Both the position numbers and the translations under genes were made by a program. A stretch of DNA of 64,000 bases from Klebsiella phage KP182, in the sequence record OM337876.1; one strand, given 5' to 3'. The notes below the pieces were generated by a model. The model saw nothing but the letters and a program-made list of their open reading frames with translations, was not told where the DNA came from and did not search any database. Of this stretch, positions 58,512-64,000 are shown one piece after another. Position 1 is the stretch's first letter. Each line of letters starts with the position of its first letter.

Positions 58512-58541
58512 ACTATACCACATTACCGTCTCAATGTAAAC
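58512..58541 (-). promoter_or_regulatory. early promoter GTTTAC-N18-TATAGT
   Basis: minus read AAGTAGTTTACATTGAGACGGTAATGTGGTATAGT. Confidence 0.5.
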
Positions 58542-59020
58542 TACTTAATTGATTTAGCGTAACGAATAGCGCCGCGATCGTTTACGAACGCAATTTTACC
58601 ATTACGCATGTACATTGTAACAGTACGCTGGTAACCGTTAGAAGTTTTGCCAGACTGATAACCTACTAATGCAAAGTTATCTTCACCAGGTTTGTTCTGC
58701 TTAGACTTAATACGCTCATGACCATGCGCCATTAAGGTGCGTGCATCGCCAGATGCTACTGCTTTGCGAGAAGACTCATCTTCAATAGAAGAGGTGAAAT
58801 CATCAAATGAATCAAACTTGGCATGGCTCTTATTGTATAACTTGCCGTCTACTACGTAGTTATATCCAACAACGTCCATTTCAATTTCTGTACCATCTTC
58901 TAGCGTGGCGGTCATCTTCTGACCTTTTTTAAATTTCAGAAGATTGCTTCCAACAGATTCAGTCATTACGCCAACTGTTGCTAAACGGGATTCATTTAAA
59001 AATTCTTGATAGGTTTTCAT
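58541..59020 (-). CDS. internal head protein (IP-like) with capsid targeting sequence
   Basis: 159 aa; N-terminus MKTYQEFLNE = CTS. Confidence 0.6.
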   Translation of the reverse strand: MKTYQEFLNESRLATVGVMTESVGSNLLKFKKGQKMTATLEDGTEIEMDVVGYNYVVDGKLYNKSHAKFDSFDDFTSSIEDESSRKAVASGDARTLMAHGHERIKSKQNKPGEDNFALVGYQSGKTSNGYQRTVTMYMRNGKIAFVNDRGAIRYAKSIK

Positions 59021-59515
59021 TTATTTTCCTTGATAAGCAGACCAAGTTCCGGTCCGCATTGTTTCAATTACACGACGAGCACGATTAGGCGTCTGACGAT
59101 ACCAACGTGAATTTGCCAGTTCTTTGGCAGCAGCATCCCATTTTTTAGCAGCTAAGAGCTTCATGGAAGCAGGGAATCCAGCGACACCACCTACACCCAT
59201 TTGGAATACCATGTTAATTAGAGCTGCTCTACGAACATCATCTAATATATTATATACCGGGCTTAATGTAGCATTAGCTACAATGCCCTTAATTGCTTTT
59301 TCAACATCCTTTGCAAAAATTACTTCTGCCTCGGCCTGAGTAATTTGACCACCAGTAGAACGACCTACCAGTTTGTCCAGATTAGAAATAGCCAAAGATT
59401 TTGACGGGTCTTTAGTCAGTAAGTGACCAATACCGATAGTCCAATACCCTTCGCTATCTTTATAAATTTTGCTGTCGTATCCTTCATCAATACGCAACAT
59501 GCCAAAAATATCCAT
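59021..59515 (-). CDS. e: lysozyme (endolysin, T4 e)
   Basis: 164 aa; EML(R)IDEG...[19 protein letters not shown]...NMVFQMG..GVAGF matches T4 lysozyme, catalytic E11/D20/T26 context conserved. Confidence 0.96.
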   Translation of the reverse strand: MDIFGMLRIDEGYDSKIYKDSEGYWTIGIGHLLTKDPSKSLAISNLDKLVGRSTGGQITQAEAEVIFAKDVEKAIKGIVANATLSPVYNILDDVRRAALINMVFQMGVGGVAGFPASMKLLAAKKWDAAAKELANSRWYRQTPNRARRVIETMRTGTWSAYQGK

Positions 59516-59529
59516 AAGGACCTCCTATT

Positions 59530-59538
59530 AATTTATAG
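59530..59538 (-). promoter_or_regulatory. candidate late promoter CTATAAATT (one mismatch) upstream of e
   Basis: minus read CCTATAAATTAATAGGAGGTCCTTATG. Confidence 0.4.
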
Positions 59539-59544
59539 GAGTAT

Positions 59545-59853
59545 TTATTTGGCCCTGCACTTGGCTATGAATAATTCAAGGCTGCACTTCTCGTATGGTG
59601 TCCATTTATCTTTCCACCACACATAATCTCTTCTATCGTCCTCTGGAATTTCATTAAATCCGGGATACAGCTTTTCTGCTATGTAATATGTTGATTTTGT
59701 ATACTCGCCGTCACCGAAGACGTATCGTGATTTCAATAGTATACGCGACATTTTATCTCTAGGATGAAATATGCTAACCCATTTTCCATCGTGAATAAAT
59801 CGTAGCTCATGCTTATAAATGTGTGGAATGCCTAATTCAACGGCTTCTTCCAT
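59545..59853 (-). CDS. hypothetical protein
   Basis: 102-aa ORF between e and nudE. Confidence 0.35.
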   Translation of the reverse strand: MEEAVELGIPHIYKHELRFIHDGKWVSIFHPRDKMSRILLKSRYVFGDGEYTKSTYYIAEKLYPGFNEIPEDDRRDYVWWKDKWTPYEKCSLELFIAKCRAK

Positions 59854-59860
59854 AATAACC

Positions 59861-60322
59861 TCACTGAGCTGTGCTATACATTTGTGTCATGATTTTGTAT
59901 AAACTTGGACCCATTACATATTTCCACTGGCTTGGTTTAATTAAAGCAAATGCATCGATTTCAGGAAAATTAATTCCATTTTCATCTTTATGGTAAGCTG
60001 TACAACGGCAATTTCTAAACATTTCTGGGCTCACAGGGAGCATATATCCAAACAGATGGATATCCTTATTGCTGGCATAATCATGTCGTCCAAGGTCATA
60101 TAAGAGGTCTTGGTCAAACTCGGTAAATCCAGTCTCTTCCTTGCATTCGCGAATAGCAGCTTCTTTTGGTGTTTCACCAGTCTCAACATGTCCTTTTGGA
60201 ATATCCCATCTAGAGCCTCTACCTTGGACATAGGTATTTGTCATACGACCCATGAAAAGCCGTTTGTCATCGGTAAAGAATAAAATTCCTGCACTGAGCT
60301 CTTTCATTGGCATTCGTTCCAA
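59861..60322 (-). CDS. nudE: Nudix hydrolase (NudE)
   Basis: 153 aa; Nudix box 'GHVETGETPKEAAIRECKEETGF'; e.1 position. Confidence 0.85.
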   Translation of the reverse strand: MERMPMKELSAGILFFTDDKRLFMGRMTNTYVQGRGSRWDIPKGHVETGETPKEAAIRECKEETGFTEFDQDLLYDLGRHDYASNKDIHLFGYMLPVSPEMFRNCRCTAYHKDENGINFPEIDAFALIKPSQWKYVMGPSLYKIMTQMYSTAQ

Positions 60323-60540
60323 CTTTCTTCAAGAATATCTTCCATGGCAGTATAGACCATAGACTCTAGTACACCATCACAGTTATATGAACCTTCTACC
60401 GAGAAATCACAGATAGGTCCATTAATTCCCAGTAGTTCTTCTTTAAGGTCAATCTCAATAACACTTAGTGATTCATTATCACTATAACACAGAAGGCGTG
60501 TATCACCATTTTCAAATTTTACATGCACTGCAACAGCCAT
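60304..60540 (-). CDS. e.2-like small protein
   Basis: 78-aa ORF. Confidence 0.35.
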   Translation of the reverse strand: MAVAVHVKFENGDTRLLCYSDNESLSVIEIDLKEELLGINGPICDFSVEGSYNCDGVLESMVYTAMEDILEESWNECQ

Positions 60541-60866
60541 TATTTCATCTCCTTAATCCAGGATAAAGTTTCACTACGAGAGTCATCTTTAGATTTTTCT
60601 TTCTTTACTTTGGGCTTATCGAATACACCCCTCTGCCGCTGGGAAACGAATTGCAACCACCGGGCAAGTATTGCAAACCAAGTTCCAACACCTGACATCC
60701 AGCCTATGTAATATAACGCATCGCCAAATACTGGAGAAAAGAAGTAGAACCCCCAGAATGTTCCAAATCCAACAAAGGCTGATAATGAAAACCAAATAAG
60801 CAGAAATAGGAAAAAATACCCAGGCTCATCACATTTAATCATTCCACGGTAACAAGTCTTAATCAT
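60540..60866 (-). CDS. small membrane protein (3 TM), first of a tandem triplet
   Basis: 108 aa; hydrophobic segments; basic C-terminal tail. Confidence 0.45.
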   Translation of the reverse strand: MIKTCYRGMIKCDEPGYFFLFLLIWFSLSAFVGFGTFWGFYFFSPVFGDALYYIGWMSGVGTWFAILARWLQFVSQRQRGVFDKPKVKKEKSKDDSRSETLSWIKEMK

Positions 60867-61159
60867 TTGCGGCAGCTCCTAATCCAGGCATTGAAGTCTT
60901 CTTTTTCTTTCCACTTCTTGTATTTCATTCGGTAAACTAAAAATGTGCAGCAATTAATCAACGCGATAATCAGCGTCCACATAAGACTAAATATGAATAC
61001 GCCTAAAAATAAAAGCATAATCATAAACTCTGAGACGTTCAATCCAAAGAATGTCCCTCCAACAATTACGAAAGCACAATATAAAAGCCATGTCACAATT
61101 CCAAAACCTGGCGCGAGCCCGTCTTGGTTCCAAAATCCATCAGGTTTGCATTCATTCAT
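60863..61159 (-). CDS. small membrane protein, second of triplet
   Basis: 98 aa; overlapping stop/start with neighbours. Confidence 0.45.
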   Translation of the reverse strand: MNECKPDGFWNQDGLAPGFGIVTWLLYCAFVIVGGTFFGLNVSEFMIMLLFLGVFIFSLMWTLIIALINCCTFLVYRMKYKKWKEKEDFNAWIRSCRK

Positions 61160-61515
61160 TTTCTTCTCACCTCTTTAACAAACTCAAGCGACTTTTTGCG
61201 ATTCCATTCAAGGGTTAAATTCTTGCATTGCTCTTTCCATTCGGCCTTTCGTTCATAATTATGCTTAACATACTTTACCCAACGAAATAGCTCAATTAAT
61301 CCCATGATGAGCAAACTAGTTCCCCACCATGCAAGCAGAATTCCGAATAACACTGCCGGTGTAATATCAGTTAACTGCATGATACCAATCGCGGTAAAGG
61401 TACACATTGCGCCGACAGTTGCACCAATACCAGGAACAAGGGCATAATCAATCTGATCAAATTTATAGACATAATTATAAACGGGAGGTTCACTTGGCAG
61501 ATATAAGTTACTCAT
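61156..61515 (-). CDS. small membrane protein, third of triplet
   Basis: 119 aa; two TM segments, basic tail. Confidence 0.45.
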   Translation of the reverse strand: MSNLYLPSEPPVYNYVYKFDQIDYALVPGIGATVGAMCTFTAIGIMQLTDITPAVLFGILLAWWGTSLLIMGLIELFRWVKYVKHNYERKAEWKEQCKNLTLEWNRKKSLEFVKEVRRK

Positions 61516-62114
61516 TTCTGCACCCTCTCACGGCAGTATTTGATAAATTCATCAATGATTAATTGTTTGCCTACCATGTTGTTAGAGTCAAACATACTCA
61601 TAACCTTTGATGGCAATTCATTAATGCAGTAATTTAAATAATTGCTATAATCATCCTGAGATGTCACATATTTAACTAGGTTAATGCCAAGACGATAGCT
61701 ATTTTTATTATGAATAATCTCAATAACTACTGTGTACGTTGTTGAACTAGAGGTAGAATATTCATCGGCATTAGTACGGGCTGATTTTAAATTTGATGGA
61801 GAATCGTTAAAAGAGTAGATTCCGTACCGAAGTGCAAAAATATCCACAAGCTTAACTCCGTCGGAAATAGACGAAATGCTAGAAATTAAGTTTTTCAGCT
61901 TGGAATAATCTTTAAGAACGATAGCCCGCGGCAAAACTGTAGTGTTATACCCATTATAACGAGTTTTCCAATTCTCAGGCCGAGTATCAATATAAGCAAA
62001 TTTCTCAAGAATATCAGTGATTTCTTTTGGAAATCCTGCTGCAATTAATTCTTTAATTTGAGGTGTTGCCATTGGAATATCTCCAGCACATTCGTATAAC
62101 ATTTTATTATCCAA
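61512..62114 (-). CDS. hypothetical protein
   Basis: 200-aa ORF. Confidence 0.4.
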   Translation of the reverse strand: MDNKMLYECAGDIPMATPQIKELIAAGFPKEITDILEKFAYIDTRPENWKTRYNGYNTTVLPRAIVLKDYSKLKNLISSISSISDGVKLVDIFALRYGIYSFNDSPSNLKSARTNADEYSTSSSTTYTVVIEIIHNKNSYRLGINLVKYVTSQDDYSNYLNYCINELPSKVMSMFDSNNMVGKQLIIDEFIKYCRERVQK

Positions 62115-62117
62115 ATA

Positions 62118-62133
62118 GGGGCCCGAAGGCCCC
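62118..62133 (-). terminator. terminator GGGGCC-CGAA-GGCCCC
   Basis: after the stop of the PspA-like gene; trailer UAUUUGGAUAAUAA (weak U-tract). Confidence 0.55.
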
Positions 62134-62139
62134 GGTAGA

Positions 62140-62733
62140 TTATTTCAGAGAGTTCAGATATTCCTGAACATCAGCAGAAGTGGTTTCGATACCAGGCTGA
62201 CTGCCATTGAAGGTTTCAACTTTCATCATGATATCTTGGACATCAACCTTAGCGAGTTCAGCGATTTCAATCACGTCATCAGCAGAGGTAATACCCAGAG
62301 CAGAAGCATTGCGAGTTTCACGGATGTATTCAAGTTTAACTGCAAGGTCCAAGCGCTGCTCGTCAAGCTTAACTACCGTCTGCTCAATTTGGGCACGCAT
62401 TTCTTTATATTCACCAGCTTTCTCACGCAGAGCAGTTGCGGTACGGCGATACAGAAGACCAAGCTTAGCCAGAGTTTCAACCGGAGCACCTTCTGCAAGA
62501 AGACGACGAATTTCACGCTCTTTGGAGGCACCAGCCTGGTCTTTTTCGTCAGCGAGTTTCAACAGACGTTTTTCTTCATTTACTGATTTAACATGCGTTG
62601 TACGCAGTTTAGTGATTTCATCAATAATACGGTTTGCTGCCATCGTATACTGGTCTTCAATAGAGGTATTCTGTGCAACAAAGGTACCAAATTTAGAACG
62701 GATGAATTCAACAAGTTTTTTCAGAATAGACAT
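62140..62733 (-). CDS. PspA/IM30-like coiled-coil protein (phage shock protein A family)
   Basis: 197 aa; long amphipathic heptad-repeat helices, length and charge pattern like PspA; relatively GC-rich coding sequence. Confidence 0.4.
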   Translation of the reverse strand: MSILKKLVEFIRSKFGTFVAQNTSIEDQYTMAANRIIDEITKLRTTHVKSVNEEKRLLKLADEKDQAGASKEREIRRLLAEGAPVETLAKLGLLYRRTATALREKAGEYKEMRAQIEQTVVKLDEQRLDLAVKLEYIRETRNASALGITSADDVIEIAELAKVDVQDIMMKVETFNGSQPGIETTSADVQEYLNSLK

Positions 62734-62779
62734 TTTATTTCCTCAGTAGGTGGGAGTTCATTATAACTCCCCAAAATTA

Positions 62780-63070
62780 TTAGCAGTTAATTACTGCTTC
62801 AATTCGTTTGGTTAAAGCACTAGCAGTTTTTGCGAATTTAATTTGAACAGTTTCGGTAGGAGCTTCTTCATGGTAAACTCGAACGTAGTACTCTTCAACA
62901 GCAGGCCAATCTTTACGAACATGCTTAATCAAATCTTTAAGTTCACGAGTTTCTGCTACATTGAACACTGCGTGTTCATGTTCACCTTTAATCCAAATCG
63001 CGCGATAACGATCAGGAGTACCATATTGATTATAACCACGTTCAATTTGGATAAAGTTGAATTTAGACAT
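62780..63070 (-). CDS. hypothetical protein (start MSKFNFIQIERG)
   Basis: 96 aa; shares an identical promoter-leader-RBS cassette with the ATPase gene at 45762. Confidence 0.45.
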   Translation of the reverse strand: MSKFNFIQIERGYNQYGTPDRYRAIWIKGEHEHAVFNVAETRELKDLIKHVRKDWPAVEEYYVRVYHEEAPTETVQIKFAKTASALTKRIEAVINC

Positions 63071-63099
63071 TTTATTCTCCGTTACTCTGTTTTGTTTTG

Positions 63100-63129
63100 A
63101 TGGAGCTATAGTAACCGAGTTGACTGGCG
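63100..63129 (-). promoter_or_regulatory. early promoter GTTTAC-N18-TACTAT (cassette copy 2)
   Basis: minus read CAAAGTTGTTTACAACGCCAGTCAACTCGGTTACTAT. Confidence 0.6.
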
Positions 63130-63284
63130 TTGTAAACAACTTTGTGCACAAATTTTCAAATAATTTTAGGGAATTTGGAAGGACTTTCTGGAGGGTAGAA
63201 TGGATTTATACAGCTTGGGATATAGAAATGCCCAGACGACCTCTAGAAGGTATCTGGGCTATAATTGCGGTATTATCGTATACT

Positions 63285-63310
63285 AAAAAGCCCCGTCCGA
63301 AGACAGGGCT
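63285..63310 (-). terminator. terminator AGCCCCGTC-CGAA-GACAGGGCT (one mismatch) followed by a U-tract
   Basis: minus RNA ...AGCCCUGUCUUCGGACGGGGCUUUUUAGUAUAC. Confidence 0.55.
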
Positions 63311-63544
63311 CTGAGAATCGACAGCATCACCTACTGGCAGATGACCTGCGAAATTCATTTCTTTGGACTCGGAGGCATCAGTCTCATCCAAAGAAATATA
63401 GCGTCAGGAGGTTATGCTTGCGACAGTGAACAACCGACTAGCGGCAATGGACGAACCATTCTCTTCTATCTGACGACTCAACGAGGGCATACGCAAGTTT
63501 CCCTTCGAATTTGGTGCCGATTGGACACAGATACGTTAGTGTTA
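63311..63544 (-). ncRNA. candidate non-coding RNA region (GC-rich, no convincing ORF) between the HNH gene and a terminator
   Basis: ~235 nt, ~50% GC versus ~35% around it; corresponds to the place where T4 carries the tRNA / RNA C / RNA D cluster; no cloverleaf could be folded by eye. Confidence 0.2.
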
Positions 63545-64000
63545 TTAATTATTAACATGCTTGTTAATAAATCTTCTAGCTTGAGTGTGGCTAACGTTTA
63601 AAGCTTCTGCAAATTTTCCAAGTGCTCCATTCCTTGAAAAATCTATAGAGTTGTATATTTTTATTCTTTCTTCAATCGTATCAGGTTTTAGTTTGTTCGC
63701 ATTGTTTTTTGATATTAATTTAATAGATTCGGCAGAATGATGTTTTCCTAAAAATCCCGTATGACATTTACCAAATTTTGGGTTTTTACCATTTAACCTA
63801 GCATCACGTGTATTTTGATTGTTAGTAGCACAATAGATATTATCTAGTGAATAAGGACCTATATCTCCTTTGCGGCACATGCAATATTCAGTGCCTTTAC
63901 GCCCACGCAAATGATATTTACCAGTAGCTTTCCACCATTCAATCCACTGTTCAAATGTTAACTCCCAGCTTATGCCACGACGAATAGCAGCATGCCTTTG
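63545..64000 (-). CDS. HNH homing endonuclease (mob-like), truncated by the window edge (N-terminus beyond 64000)
   Basis: reading frame open to the window end; 'GISWELTFEQW..W..TGKYHLRGRKGTEYCMCRKGDIGPYSLDNIYCATNNQN' HNH_3-type core plus C-terminal HTH 'ALGKFAEALNVSHTQARRFIN'. Confidence 0.6.
   Translation of the reverse strand, partial: QRHAAIRRGISWELTFEQWIEWWKATGKYHLRGRKGTEYCMCRKGDIGPYSLDNIYCATNNQNTRDARLNGKNPKFGKCHTGFLGKHHSAESIKLISKNNANKLKPDTIEERIKIYNSIDFSRNGALGKFAEALNVSHTQARRFINKHVNN

Noticed and set aside
63311-63544. tRNA gene(s) in the GC-rich segment
   Set aside because: I could not find a TTCRANN T-loop with complementary 5-bp stems plus a 7-bp acceptor pairing on either strand. 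I left it as a low-confidence ncRNA candidate rather than calling a tRNA.
1-64000. CRISPR array, integrase/transposase, prophage attachment sites
   Set aside because: No regularly spaced direct repeats, no tyrosine/serine recombinase or transposase-like ORFs. The window is contiguous lytic T-even early-region DNA.

Overview
This window is the early/middle-gene arm of a T4-like (T-even, Tevenvirinae) coliphage. It runs from rIIA (left edge) through genes 39, dexA, dda, srd, mod, soc, 56, 61, sp, dmd, 41, 40, uvsX, 42, imm, 43, regA, 62, 44, 45, rpbA, 46, 47, a-gt, 55, nrdH/G/D, 49, nrdC, rI, tk, regB and e (lysozyme), then nudE and the e.x genes. It ends in a truncated HNH (mob-like) homing endonuclease. 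Almost every gene is on the minus strand, separated by T4-type early promoters (GTTTAC-N18-TAnnnT, several with a stem-loop in the spacer, i.e. PeSL-like cassettes), late promoters (TATAAATA), and GC-stem hairpins with a CGAA/UUCG loop followed by a U-tract. Departures from T4 itself: gene 39 is fused to the gene-60 part of the topoisomerase (no bypass element, no mobA); the b-gt locus carries a 280-aa DxD-type glycosyltransferase while a-gt is present (T2/T6-like hmC glucosylation); the dam and mrh loci are absent; there is a single Mod ADP-ribosyltransferase; nrdD has no intron. Accessory cargo worth a second look includes a stand-alone macro-domain protein beside tk, a Pol-beta-type nucleotidyltransferase, a P-loop ATPase sharing a duplicated promoter-leader cassette with a distant gene, a chimeric GrcA/Y06I-like glycyl-radical gene with a host-like GC-rich 3' half, a PspA/IM30-like protein next to three tandem small membrane proteins, a second MazG-like gene, a TraR/DksA zinc finger, lipoproteins near imm and sp, internal-protein genes with capsid-targeting N-termini plus a 55-codon ORF with the same motif, and a GC-rich 235-nt non-coding stretch that may be a small RNA. 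All calls rest on reading the translated ORFs, recalled T4 family sequences, and motifs; no searches were run.
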